From IMG/VR virus record IMGVR_UViG_3300018080_000174, positions 3,412 through 67,411 of that record: a stretch of DNA of 64,000 nucleotides; one strand, 5' to 3'. The DNA is from a virus. Under the pieces are notes generated by a model. It saw nothing but the letters and a program-made list of their open reading frames with translations, had not been told where the DNA came from and made no database searches. Below are positions 1-9,280 of this stretch, one piece after another. Made by a program: the position numbers and the translations under genes. Numbering within the stretch: position 1 is the stretch's first letter; each line of letters starts with the position of its first letter.

Positions 1-175
1 CCGTCTTAGGCGGCGCTTCGGGGCCGTCAACTTTCTTATGAGCGCGGCCGGTCGCAATGTTTGAGACGAGCGAGCGGCTGATGCCGAATTTCTTCGCAAT
101 CTCTGGCTGTGTCAGACGGTTCTCGGCCAAGAGGGTTTTGATCTTCTTCACTTTCGCTTTCGTTAGCTTCGGCAT
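1..175 (-). CDS. HTH DNA-binding protein (N-terminal part, runs off window)
   Basis: Manual translation from ATG 175: MPKLTKAKVKKIKTLLAENRLTQPEIAKKFGISRSLVSNIATGRAH, an HTH signature; GGAG RBS upstream. Confidence 0.75.
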   Translation of the reverse strand, partial: MPKLTKAKVKKIKTLLAENRLTQPEIAKKFGISRSLVSNIATGRAHKKVDGPEAPPKT

Positions 176-176
176 C

Positions 177-668
177 CTAATCTCCTTGAGTCTCGTTAGT
201 AAGTCCAAGCGTGGCCAAACTAGCCACATCCCGCACGGCGTCTAATGCCACGGCGGTATTCCCCGGCGTTTCCTGAGCGTCGAAGGCCCGTCGCAAGCAG
301 CAATCAATTCGCAAAGCCCGATCCAGCGGGCTGCCGGGGAATTGCTGCTCACACCCTCGATCAATGGTAAGAAATACAAGGTCCAAATCTGAGTCAGCGG
401 CCAGGGTCATACGCTCCAGCGGCGGACCACCACCCGCAGTGACGACTCCGTGTTCCTCCATACACAAAGCGGCTGTTCCCAGCATTCGGAGTAGGTAACT
501 TTCTATCGCCTCTCGTGATGTCCAATTACAGTTTTGCAGTGCGTTCGCTTGGGCGGAACGCAGCATGAGTAGCCATTGGCTCAGGTCGTATCGGTACCAC
601 TCCGGTCGAGAGCGTCGATACGCCCGCATCTCGGCTCTGATCTTCTGGTAGAGTTCAGTTCTCAACAC
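177..668 (-). CDS. hypothetical protein
   Basis: ORF 177..833; likely start GTG/TTG at about 668/665 overlapping the upstream stop; packed in operon. Confidence 0.6.
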   Translation of the reverse strand: MLRTELYQKIRAEMRAYRRSRPEWYRYDLSQWLLMLRSAQANALQNCNWTSREAIESYLLRMLGTAALCMEEHGVVTAGGGPPLERMTLAADSDLDLVFLTIDRGCEQQFPGSPLDRALRIDCCLRRAFDAQETPGNTAVALDAVRDVASLATLGLTNETQGD

Positions 669-1260
669 GTTGGAATCCTCTTCTGATAAGTTCCACCACG
701 ACCAGAGCGTCGTGGACTGATGTGTGTTCGTCGCCGGGGATGTCTGCCGGGTCGAAACCCGCACGTCTGCAACACTCGTTCGTGTCGGGCAGGAATTCGT
801 CGCCGGGCCGCACGTACATACTGCCGGGATCAAGAATCCTGTGGTGCCACTGAATCGGCTCGGTCCCTCTGATCTTTTTCAGGAAGGGTGCGTCGAAGTG
901 GGCGAAGTTCTTACCCGATGCGACAAACTTCCGTGGATCAATGCCCCATGTCGAAAGCCAACCGGCGAACTTACGCGGGAACTCACACTCCAACCCGTAC
1001 CAATCCCGATGGAGCGTGTCCCCACTCGGGGCTTCACTACTGGTATTGCGAGGCTTAGTTGCTAAGTCCTTGAACAAGTCCCGGTGCATACTCAGTGCAT
1101 AGGGCTCGCCCGTGTAGACCTCACGACGAATGCGATACCGGAAGGTCGGCAGGTCGGCCAAATTGATGCCGGGGTTGCAGACGACTGCCCCGATCTCCAG
1201 CACCTCACAGCGGTCGGGGTTCAGGCCGGTCGTCTCGATGTCAATACTCACGAATCTCAT
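655..1260 (-). CDS. DEDDh 3'-5' exonuclease (DnaQ/oligoribonuclease-like)
   Basis: ExoI SIDIETTG, ExoII NFAHFD, ExoIII HTSVHDA; ATG 1260 overlaps HNH stop. Confidence 0.88.
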   Translation of the reverse strand: MRFVSIDIETTGLNPDRCEVLEIGAVVCNPGINLADLPTFRYRIRREVYTGEPYALSMHRDLFKDLATKPRNTSSEAPSGDTLHRDWYGLECEFPRKFAGWLSTWGIDPRKFVASGKNFAHFDAPFLKKIRGTEPIQWHHRILDPGSMYVRPGDEFLPDTNECCRRAGFDPADIPGDEHTSVHDALVVVELIRRGFQRVEN

Positions 1261-1733
1261 TGCGTTTGTCTCCAACGTTTTCCAGTTCGTATTCTCCAAA
1301 TTTGACTTGGGGTGGTATTAAATTGCTTGGCAAGTTTGCCGCTTCCTTCTGTCGAGGCACGTATGATTGCTACTTGTTCCAGCGTCAAGCGAGCCCGTGG
1401 GTTCTTACCGCCAACTACTCGCCGTTGTCGGCCTTTCTTTTTACAGTCTGCCATGTTATCTGCTTGTGAACCTAACCACAGATGCTCAGGATTGACACAG
1501 GAAGGGTTGTCGCAGGTGTGACACACTTTCAATAGTCCTGGGTCTATTTCGTAATGGAGTTTATACATTACGCGAGCGGCCACATACGATTTATCCTGAA
1601 TCGTTACTGTGCCACGGCCGCAACTATTATGCGCACCCTTCCAAAGCCAACAATCTACACCCTTCTCAACACGGGCGAGAAATCGTTTCTTAGTCGGCCC
1701 ATTTAATGATGGGATAGGTAAATGTGCCATCAC
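1257..1733 (-). CDS. HNH homing endonuclease (HNH_3 type) with C-terminal HTH
   Basis: DCWLWKG..., VCHTCDNPSCVNPEHLWLGSQADNMAD; lower GC than neighbours. Confidence 0.92.
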   Translation of the reverse strand: MMAHLPIPSLNGPTKKRFLARVEKGVDCWLWKGAHNSCGRGTVTIQDKSYVAARVMYKLHYEIDPGLLKVCHTCDNPSCVNPEHLWLGSQADNMADCKKKGRQRRVVGGKNPRARLTLEQVAIIRASTEGSGKLAKQFNTTPSQIWRIRTGKRWRQTQ

Positions 1734-2800
1734 ATTGCTTGATAGTAGTCGGGGCTTACGGATTTCAGGATCAGTCGGCCGCCCAGCACGTCGCTGTGCC
1801 GCTCGACCAGCGGGGTGATTACGACACCCTCGCGGCCTTTGAACTTGCAGTTGATGTCATCGGCATCGGCCATCGTCGTCGGGCCGCTGGTCAGCCCTTC
1901 CAAGAGGGTGGGGTCGAATGGACCTTCGTACAATACCGGCACCGTCTCGATGTCGAACAACTCACAGTAGGATTTCACCTCTGCCCAATCCAGGTACTCG
2001 CCGTTGACCGAAATGTCAAACACGCGGTAGCCCTTGCCCTTCACCGTGCCGTAGTCCATCTTCTGGACGCCTTGGCCGTAAATCTCACCGAACACGATGG
2101 TATCATACGCTCCATTGATGGAGATAAAATCCAACATCGCTTTCATGTCGTCCGTCAGCGGAGTCCAGTAAACAGAATTCTCACCCTTCACCCGGCGATA
2201 GTGCGTACCGCACATGAACTCCGGCCCGTTATCTCGGACATAGCCGACTCGCGAGTTCGTACCGTGCAGCTTCTCAGTGATCCGCACCGGAAGGCGGTTG
2301 GGGATTGCGTTGGCGTTTCGATAGTAGTGCTGGATGCTGGTATACTTGTGGAACGCCCCAGGCTGACGCATGGTGTCCCCACCGCCCTTGAACTGCACAG
2401 GCGGTTGGTACTTCACGGCTTGGAACAGATCAGTGGCATCGTCCCCTACCTCAACCTTCCGGTCGCCCAGCATCTCGGCCACGTACTCGTTGTCGAGCGG
2501 CAGGCCAAAGCCGAACGACGCTGCGCTCCGCAAGCGGATTGCACCAATGCGGCACTGCGTCTTGACGAACTCGCCCGGCATGACCGCGTGTTTGAGGTAC
2601 GTGTCTACGCCCAACGCCTTCGCCACATCCTCCGGGATGAGCATATCAGGCGGGAAGTACACAACGAGATCGTTCGCCTTTAGATTTCCCTTCTGAGTGA
2701 TGAACTGCGTGTTCAGCACCTTGGCGATGTCGAGCTTATCCGCGTTCGGATGGGGCTCCACTCGGGTTACTCGGACGATTTCAACAGGTGTGTCGCTCAT
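1730..2800 (-). CDS. ATP-dependent RNA ligase, DRB0094/Rnl2-like, with N-terminal OB fold
   Basis: N-terminal HPNADKL OB fold; motif I TEKLHGTN, FGEIYG, VFDI, REGVV, LKSVS. Confidence 0.9.
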   Translation of the reverse strand: MSDTPVEIVRVTRVEPHPNADKLDIAKVLNTQFITQKGNLKANDLVVYFPPDMLIPEDVAKALGVDTYLKHAVMPGEFVKTQCRIGAIRLRSAASFGFGLPLDNEYVAEMLGDRKVEVGDDATDLFQAVKYQPPVQFKGGGDTMRQPGAFHKYTSIQHYYRNANAIPNRLPVRITEKLHGTNSRVGYVRDNGPEFMCGTHYRRVKGENSVYWTPLTDDMKAMLDFISINGAYDTIVFGEIYGQGVQKMDYGTVKGKGYRVFDISVNGEYLDWAEVKSYCELFDIETVPVLYEGPFDPTLLEGLTSGPTTMADADDINCKFKGREGVVITPLVERHSDVLGGRLILKSVSPDYYQAM

Positions 2801-4653
2801 AGTTCGCTCGCAAAAATGGGTTTCTTGTTGCCTTTGAGTTGCTCGTGATTGTCGATGATGTACTCCATCGCCTTCTCGAAGTGTGCGGGCTCCTCCGTGT
2901 CGAAGAGAGCCTCTTTCAAATCGACCGCCGCCAGCTTAGCCTTCTGCTTCGCCAAGAAGTCTGGGTCGGTCGCCATCTTAACGCACAAGTCGATGAATTG
3001 TGGGGCCGTAGTCGCAATCAAGTTGTCCAGGCCCACCCGCCGCAGCAACGCACTGGCAGCGAGGTTGTAGAAGCGGTCGCCCTCCAACGTCACCACCGGC
3101 TTGCCCAGGTAGAGGGCCTCTACCACCGTGTTGTAACCGCCGAAGGGATACGAGTTGATTGCGAAGTCGCCGTACTCAGCTTCCTCCATGTATTCCATGT
3201 ACTCCTTGTCCGCGTGCAAGACGCCTGAGTCACCTAGAAGTCGCGACATGTCAGCGACGAACGGCAGGAAGGCGTTGTACCGATGCACTCCCCGGCTGGC
3301 GAAGATCGCGTACTCCAACTCGGGAGCTTGTTTCGTGATCTCGTTCAACACCCGCAGCATCGTGTAATTGTACTTGTCTGGACCCCAGACACAGTTGGCG
3401 ACGACCTTATCCGTCTTCTTCTCCGGGAACTTCGCCTCATACCTTGGCCATGTCGGGACGCAACCCAAGCCGGGCAGGACGATGGGCGTTTCGGAGTAGT
3501 TCTTGTCCAGGTTGGCAAGGTCTTCCGTCTCCTCACCTACGACGAAGTAGTCGATCTCGCCGCCGAAGGTGCTGACGGGGTGGCCATATCCAGTGACTTG
3601 GATGGGAGCCAGCCGCATGTTGCTGAGCCAAACCGATTCGTCCGTCATCCCGATGTCGGGGAAGAACGCGAGTTGATAATCGTTGTCGCCTACGGCGTCG
3701 AGGTTGAGGTTGTTGATTCCACCATCCTGCCCCTGTAGCTGCGCCCGGTACACGTTGTCGAAGTAATCGGTCGCCAACGCTACTGGCTCGTGCATCCCGA
3801 CATGCAGAAGGTCCATGCGGTACCGCTTGCGGAACCGGTCTAGGAAGGGGAAGTAACTCTTGTAGACCGCACTGTGATCGAACCACTTCGAGGTGACGAT
3901 CAATATACTGTCCCTGGCGGGCGTGTTTGTGATCTGCAAGTTCACGTCCTGGAGCTTCTTCTTACACCCGGCGTTGATCTGCTCTTTCACCGGCCGATCA
4001 TTCCGCCCTTTTCCGGCGAAGTAGGTGCAGGAGAAGTACGGCACCGACACACGATAGTCGGCTGGCACGTAGGCTGGATTCAGTTTTTCAAAGTGGTGTC
4101 GCAGGTTGGCTTGGTGGTGCGGCTTGACACAGCCAATGGTTGGCAGTGGGAAGGTGAAGTACCACAAAGACGCAAGGTTGGGCTGCAACTCGAAGAACTT
4201 ATCGTAGTCAAGCTCCGTGTGATTTCGGGCCGAGTACAGGAAGAAAATCTTAACGATGTTGTCTTTCTGCGTTAGCACTTGCTTCAAGACCGAATCCGTC
4301 GTCTCGTAACTGGATAGTGCGACGAGATTCGCAAACAGGTGCGCCCGTGCCACAAACGTCGCTGCGTACTTCAGCGGGATTGTAAAATCAGGGTCGGAAA
4401 CTACGGTGAAGATCGCACTCACCAGTTCATTGATCCGATCCCGTGCCGTCTGGTCCAGGCCCCGGAAATTGTTCCGCTGGAAGTACAGCAGAAGTTCCAA
4501 AATGGCTTCGCAAATCGCGGTATGCTGCCCGCGATCCAACAGGCGGTAGAGCTTTCGTCGGAAAGTCTTCGGCAGATCAGTGGGGTTCTCACTGATCGAA
4601 AACGGGGCTCGATTCGGCGTCTTCTTCTTACGCTTTTTCCTTGTCATAATCAT
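2797..4653 (-). CDS. GT41-family protein glycosyltransferase (HMW1C N-glycosyltransferase/OGT-SPINDLY-like, no TPRs)
   Basis: HSAVYK, FPDIGM...MRLAPIQVTGYGHPVST, NSYPFGGYNTVVEALYLGKPVVTLEGD; helical N-terminal domain; start 4653 or 4647. Confidence 0.85.
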   Translation of the reverse strand: MIMTRKKRKKKTPNRAPFSISENPTDLPKTFRRKLYRLLDRGQHTAICEAILELLLYFQRNNFRGLDQTARDRINELVSAIFTVVSDPDFTIPLKYAATFVARAHLFANLVALSSYETTDSVLKQVLTQKDNIVKIFFLYSARNHTELDYDKFFELQPNLASLWYFTFPLPTIGCVKPHHQANLRHHFEKLNPAYVPADYRVSVPYFSCTYFAGKGRNDRPVKEQINAGCKKKLQDVNLQITNTPARDSILIVTSKWFDHSAVYKSYFPFLDRFRKRYRMDLLHVGMHEPVALATDYFDNVYRAQLQGQDGGINNLNLDAVGDNDYQLAFFPDIGMTDESVWLSNMRLAPIQVTGYGHPVSTFGGEIDYFVVGEETEDLANLDKNYSETPIVLPGLGCVPTWPRYEAKFPEKKTDKVVANCVWGPDKYNYTMLRVLNEITKQAPELEYAIFASRGVHRYNAFLPFVADMSRLLGDSGVLHADKEYMEYMEEAEYGDFAINSYPFGGYNTVVEALYLGKPVVTLEGDRFYNLAASALLRRVGLDNLIATTAPQFIDLCVKMATDPDFLAKQKAKLAAVDLKEALFDTEEPAHFEKAMEYIIDNHEQLKGNKKPIFASEL

Positions 4654-5788
4654 CCTCTGCGTATTCTCTGATTGCGTCTCCGTCCACGACCAACACTTCT
4701 TTGATCGACGGGTGATCGCGTTTGATTTCAGCGTAGATGTCAGCGGCCCGCCACCGGGTCGTGATGACGATAGTGTCAACGGGGTTGCCCCACAGGTTGT
4801 TAGGTGCTTCGATCAACTGCCCCGTGCCGGGCACATAGCGACCGGCTTTACGATGGTCGGAGTCAATGACTCGACATTCCTTGATGCCACAGGCGTTGAG
4901 GAAGGCTGCACCCTTGCCGGTACCGCCCCAGAATGCCATTGACTCACGAGTGGATATGACGAACTTCAACATGTCGCGAATTTCCGTGCAGTCGAACTTC
5001 CGAGGAATATCTGCGAAGGCGTGCCGATCTGGCCGACCCGTCCAAACAATGACCTCATCGTTGTAACTCTTGTAGACATCGACCGTGAACCAACCGGCTG
5101 ATTCCAGCATGGTGACGAAACTCGTCAACGTGAAGTTGCTGACGTGCTCGTACAGGAAGTCGCCAAACCTTCCGGCGGCAAGGGCTTTTTCAATGCACGG
5201 GACTTCGGCCAGGAACAGTGGGTGTGACTCGCGGGCATGGTAAGCCAACTCGGCGGCAAACTCGCGTGGTCGTTCCATGTGTTCCATCACATGGCGGCAG
5301 ACAAGCACGTCGGGCTTCATCTTGGCGATGTCCCGCTCGGGGATGAAGTAATCGGCGTATGTCTCCAACCCGTCAGCGACACAGGACTCGTGTTCAATGC
5401 CCGGCTCAAATGCGATGCACCGGTTTAGCAGATCGACCTTTTGGAGATATTTCAGGAACATCCCGTCCCCCGCTCCGATGTCCACGACCGTCATGTCACT
5501 CACAAAATGATCGTTACACAGACGTTGCACAACGCCTTTGATATGGGCGTCCCAACCCAGACCGTTGTTGAACATCAGGTTGGAATCCTCTTCGTAAGGA
5601 ATCCGTGCCACGTCAAAATCCACATTGAAAATGTGGCCACACATACGGCAGATATGGAAGTTCAGCGGGTACCGCACGGCCGCTTCCGACGCCGATTTAC
5701 TGTATGGCAGGTTCAACGCAGCAAGGGGCTGCGGTTCAGGTTGATAAAACGGCTCCAGCATGTGCGAGCCACAAGCTATGCAAGTCAT
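4628..5788 (-). CDS. SAM-dependent NDP-sugar C-methyltransferase-like protein (TcaB9/NovU-type architecture)
   Basis: Zn CxxC...CxxC, VDIGAGDG, RHVMEH, FLYEHVSNF, FWGGTGKG, DSDHRKAGRYVPGTG. Confidence 0.85.
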   Translation of the reverse strand: MTCIACGSHMLEPFYQPEPQPLAALNLPYSKSASEAAVRYPLNFHICRMCGHIFNVDFDVARIPYEEDSNLMFNNGLGWDAHIKGVVQRLCNDHFVSDMTVVDIGAGDGMFLKYLQKVDLLNRCIAFEPGIEHESCVADGLETYADYFIPERDIAKMKPDVLVCRHVMEHMERPREFAAELAYHARESHPLFLAEVPCIEKALAAGRFGDFLYEHVSNFTLTSFVTMLESAGWFTVDVYKSYNDEVIVWTGRPDRHAFADIPRKFDCTEIRDMLKFVISTRESMAFWGGTGKGAAFLNACGIKECRVIDSDHRKAGRYVPGTGQLIEAPNNLWGNPVDTIVITTRWRAADIYAEIKRDHPSIKEVLVVDGDAIREYAEDDYDKEKA

Positions 5789-5790
5789 GT

Positions 5791-6381
5791 CTACTCCTCA
5801 AAAGGCCCCGGTAATCTCTCTGATGTCGTGTCACCACCGAAGCGGTCCAACACTTCGTCCATACTGATCGGTCGCCACTCTCCGGTGAGTCGGTGGATGT
5901 AGTCGATGCCTACGTCCATCGCCCGGCGACCGGGGAACATGGCGTTCAACTCATTCTCATACCCGCCGTGCGAGTGACCATACAGATGGATACCACCGTG
6001 ATGCAGGCCATCCCACGACAATAGTGGGTAGTGGCACAGGTGAATCTTCACCCGATGCTCCCGCCCCGCAATACGAAACTTCCGATACAGCATATCGTTG
6101 AATGTCGAGCAAAAGCTGGCAAGGCTGGCTCGGTCGTGGTTGCCGCGCACAATGTGGAGTTGCCGTACATTCAGCCGGGCGCGGTAGTGACCGTACTTCG
6201 TCGCACGCCAGCCAAAGTCGCCCAGGAAGTAGAGCGTGTCATCCGGCCCGACCACGGCATTGATCCCGTCGATCAGGGCGGTGTCCATCGCCTCTACGCT
6301 GCCGAACGCCTCATCACGCTTCAACTGGTGCGTGAGGATGCCTTCGTGTCCGAAATGCCAATCTGCTGAAAACCAGATCAC
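5791..6381 (-). CDS. calcineurin-like metallophosphoesterase
   Basis: ADWHFGH, LGDF, GNHD, CHYP, GHSH motifs. Confidence 0.92.
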   Translation of the reverse strand: MIWFSADWHFGHEGILTHQLKRDEAFGSVEAMDTALIDGINAVVGPDDTLYFLGDFGWRATKYGHYRARLNVRQLHIVRGNHDRASLASFCSTFNDMLYRKFRIAGREHRVKIHLCHYPLLSWDGLHHGGIHLYGHSHGGYENELNAMFPGRRAMDVGIDYIHRLTGEWRPISMDEVLDRFGGDTTSERLPGPFEE

Positions 6382-7292
6382 CCTAGCAGCCTCCGGTTAC
6401 GGTCAATAATCTCTGCGATCTGTCTGAGGGTGTTGGTCGCGTCTTCTTCGAGCACCACGGCCCCTTCGAGCGACCCGTAGTGTTCCTCCAGGCACTCAAA
6501 GAGCAGTCGCTTGATAGCGACCTCATCAGGACCATACGGCAGGGAAGAATTCGCATAGACTCGCTCCAAGTGCCGCTCTTTGTCGGCGGCCCAGAGATAC
6601 ACGTCTTCCGCCGACATCTCGCCGCGACGAACCGCTTTAAGCTGTGCCTTATTCCGGCGCAGGTCAAGGTCGCCTTCCTCCAACAGTTGCTCCACCTCAC
6701 TCAACAGGCGGATAAGGTGATAAGCAAATTTCGTGTCGTACCCGAACTCGGCAACAATGGCTTCCCGCTTGCTGCCGGGCTCTGGCGTCTTCGTCTTCAT
6801 CTTGTGAAGCTGGTTGTAGGCGTACCCCTTGAACCGGTGCCACGCTCCCTTGTGCGGGAAGATATGCCGGGCGTCTCGCACCATGTTCGCTACCTTCGTG
6901 CTGTGCAGCACGCACTCTTGCGGCGTGTACAGCGATGACAGCATGTTGGGGTTGTTCTCCATGCACAGGTGGAAGTAGTGAACGATGTTGTAGACGTTCA
7001 GGTCGTAGGTCCGACCCCGGCCGCCCAGATCGGTTTCCACATGGACGTGGTGCTTCTGGTAGCAGACGAACTTCTGCTTCTGCCGCCCGAAGCCCTCGAT
7101 CTGACCCGCAAGGTGCGGGAACACGATGTCCTTGGGCGGGACGCAGAAACCAACCGTGTCGAAGTCCGACATGTCGGTACTCACGCCGTAGGCCACCGAG
7201 CCCATGACGGTTTCGTACATCACGTTCGACACCAGCCACGAAGGCGGCGTGATAAGCTGCATCTTCGTCAGTCTGTCAACCACGCTTGGCAT
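6378..7292 (-). CDS. Pol-beta-family nucleotidyltransferase (RlaP/YcgL-like)
   Basis: GSVAYG...SDFD signature; NNPN; YDTKFAYHLIRLL. Confidence 0.88.
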   Translation of the reverse strand: MPSVVDRLTKMQLITPPSWLVSNVMYETVMGSVAYGVSTDMSDFDTVGFCVPPKDIVFPHLAGQIEGFGRQKQKFVCYQKHHVHVETDLGGRGRTYDLNVYNIVHYFHLCMENNPNMLSSLYTPQECVLHSTKVANMVRDARHIFPHKGAWHRFKGYAYNQLHKMKTKTPEPGSKREAIVAEFGYDTKFAYHLIRLLSEVEQLLEEGDLDLRRNKAQLKAVRRGEMSAEDVYLWAADKERHLERVYANSSLPYGPDEVAIKRLLFECLEEHYGSLEGAVVLEEDATNTLRQIAEIIDRNRRLLG

Positions 7293-7516
7293 CAGTCATC
7301 TCCGAGTGAGAACAAGGCATTGAAGTAGGCGAAGACCGCCTCCTCCGCGTCTTGGTTACGTTCGCTGTCCATGAAGGCGGCGACATCAGCGTGGATTCCG
7401 AGAGCGAGAAGTTCATCAAAGCACCCGGTACAGATGTAACCGAACTTGGACGAATACCGTTCGCACATGACGCTTTCGCAACCGCGTCGGTGGCAGCCCA
7501 TCACGCCCATCAGCAC
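7292..7516 (-). CDS. small Cys-rich hypothetical protein
   Basis: CHRRGC..C...ICTGC; abuts neighbours. Confidence 0.6.
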   Translation of the reverse strand: MLMGVMGCHRRGCESVMCERYSSKFGYICTGCFDELLALGIHADVAAFMDSERNQDAEEAVFAYFNALFSLGDD

Positions 7517-7806
7517 ACACCTCTGCCGAAGAACTTCGCCGTGCGGGTCCGCGTATGGTAGCGACCGCAGATTGAATCCGCAGCATCGTCAATCGACATC
7601 AGCTTGAGGGGGCTCAGCTTGAACGGGCTCGCCGGGTTCATTGGGCTCAGCGGGTTCAGCGGGTTCAGGGGATCACTCAGGATGTCGTCATCGTCGCGAT
7701 CCTGCACAGGGGCAGGGGTCGGTTCGTTCTGCTGTGGCCGTTCCGCACAGCCAAGGAACAGGATTGACAACAGGATCAACGCCACCACGATAAACAAAGC
7801 TCTCAT
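7510..7806 (-). CDS. putative lipoprotein
   Basis: Hydrophobic signal ending LFLG-C; NPL/NP repeats. Confidence 0.55.
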   Translation of the reverse strand: MRALFIVVALILLSILFLGCAERPQQNEPTPAPVQDRDDDDILSDPLNPLNPLSPMNPASPFKLSPLKLMSIDDAADSICGRYHTRTRTAKFFGRGVC

Positions 7807-7807
7807 G

Positions 7808-8173
7808 TCACTCTCCCAGGTTAATTGCTAGTTCGTTTACGCCGAGCAGGTCGCAAAGGTTGTCCATCAACCCTGCCTGCCGCAGCGTGACCTCTTCCAA
7901 AGCCAGCTTTTGCAGCAAGCCCTCTTCCTCGAAATGGACGCGAGTCCACTCCGACTCGCCGGGCTTCTTAAACGCGATCCGAAAGGCCGTGCCGTCTTCC
8001 AAAGCCTCTGCCAAATCCGCGTTGTGGCGGCTGGCCACGATAGCCTTATCGAGAATCTCAGCAAACGTCTGATTCCGTGCCAAGGCGTCTCCAAGCAGAT
8101 TGTCAAAGGCCGCCTTCACCAGTTCCTCAACCGTCAAGGTCTTACCGCCAGCCGTGATAGTAGGTTCACTCAT
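7808..8173 (-). CDS. hypothetical protein
   Basis: ORF with GGAG RBS; ATGA overlap. Confidence 0.7.
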   Translation of the reverse strand: MSEPTITAGGKTLTVEELVKAAFDNLLGDALARNQTFAEILDKAIVASRHNADLAEALEDGTAFRIAFKKPGESEWTRVHFEEEGLLQKLALEEVTLRQAGLMDNLCDLLGVNELAINLGE

Positions 8174-8361
8174 TCGCTTCTCCGATGTACTTCGATTCCA
8201 TCCAGGGTTTCAGTTATGTAGAGGTTAGGGTCTTTCCGACCCCACGGGCTCCTCCACGCTTCTAAGTGGGCGTCCCTCTCCTCGGGGGTGAGTTCCGCAT
8301 GGTCAAGCTGGAAGGTGATAGTGTCTGGCGTCTCGGTAACTGTGAACTCTCGGATCACCAT
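8170..8361 (-). CDS. hypothetical protein
   Basis: ORF directly downstream of a sigma70-type promoter. Confidence 0.6.
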   Translation of the reverse strand: MVIREFTVTETPDTITFQLDHAELTPEERDAHLEAWRSPWGRKDPNLYITETLDGIEVHRRSE

Positions 8362-8379
8362 TTCTCACCCTCTATCTTA

Positions 8380-8408
8380 ATCATACCACACAAATCAGGT
8401 GATGTCAA
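8380..8408 (-). promoter_or_regulatory. sigma70-type promoter
   Basis: TTGACA-17 bp-TATGAT on minus strand, about 20 nt before ATG 8361. Confidence 0.75.
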
Positions 8409-8538
8409 GAAAATCTTGCGTTTTGTTGTAAATTGACATGAGAATTCCCGGATCGACCCCGGCGTCCAGGGCATTCTCCAGCAAATTCTGTGCCAAACGG
8501 CCGATCAGTTTCAGTTCATCTTCGGTGAAATCAGGCAT
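8395..8538 (-). CDS. small hypothetical protein (47 aa)
   Basis: Manual translation MPDFTEDELKLIGRLAQNLLENALDAGVDPG...; TAATG coupling to upstream gene. Confidence 0.6.
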   Translation of the reverse strand: MPDFTEDELKLIGRLAQNLLENALDAGVDPGILMSIYNKTQDFLDIT

Positions 8539-8774
8539 TATTCAGGCTCCACTTGTTCCATGAGGGCTCGGCAAACAGGGACAATGATCTTTGCTTCAAC
8601 GTCCATCTCGGTCGTGCAGTCATACTCGACCGCCGCGATGACTTCGCCGTCTTCGCCGTCCACTTTGATAGTGCAGCGTGTCTTGCAAGGGTCGTCGGGA
8701 TGCGGGGCCAAGCTGATCCGCCCGTTGTGGCGGGCCAGGAAGTTCATACACTGGTACAAAGTTCCACAACTCAT
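8538..8774 (-). CDS. hypothetical protein
   Basis: ORF, AAGGAG RBS, ATGA overlap. Confidence 0.65.
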   Translation of the reverse strand: MSCGTLYQCMNFLARHNGRISLAPHPDDPCKTRCTIKVDGEDGEVIAAVEYDCTTEMDVEAKIIVPVCRALMEQVEPE

Positions 8775-9280
8775 TTCTTCACTCCTTCTGTTAGGTAACG
8801 AATTGCCTTTTTCAGTATGTTTGGACTGTCTTTTGCGTGACCAAGCAAAGAATTGCAGCTACGACACAGTAAACCGCGTACCTCACCAGTTGTGTGGCAA
8901 TGGTCCACATGAGGTGTACTTACAAAGAAGTCGCCGCAAATTGCACACTGGTCGTCTTGTTCATTTCGTAGCTGTTGATAGTCCTCAGGTGAAAGCCCGT
9001 AGTTTCTAATTACAGCTTGGAGATTTGAACAGACTTTGCACCAAGTATGTAAGCCTGATGTACTTAACCGATTTCTATGAAATTCAATGGCGGGTTTAGT
9101 CTGTTTGCAGCGGGAGCATTTGTGTGTCGCCACACTAACAGGGAAATTAGTGGCCTTACGGTAGGCTCTGCAACAGGTTTTACAGTAACCATTGATCCCG
9201 TCCTTCGCTGCGCGGTTTCTCCAAAACTCTTCGATGGGCTTTGTCTCCCGACACTTTGAACACCTCTTAGTCTTCGGCAT
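8771..9280 (-). CDS. endonuclease VII-family nuclease with two N-terminal Zn modules
   Basis: QCAIC...HVDHCHTTGEVRGLLCRSCNSLLG; two KxCSxC...CKxC repeats. Confidence 0.9.
   Translation of the reverse strand: MPKTKRCSKCRETKPIEEFWRNRAAKDGINGYCKTCCRAYRKATNFPVSVATHKCSRCKQTKPAIEFHRNRLSTSGLHTWCKVCSNLQAVIRNYGLSPEDYQQLRNEQDDQCAICGDFFVSTPHVDHCHTTGEVRGLLCRSCNSLLGHAKDSPNILKKAIRYLTEGVKK

Noticed and set aside
1724-2683. Long plus-strand ORFs antisense to real genes (also 9192, 10560, 12655, 36641, 45768, 53810)
   Set aside because: Shadow ORFs of GC-rich codon usage with no motifs or RBS
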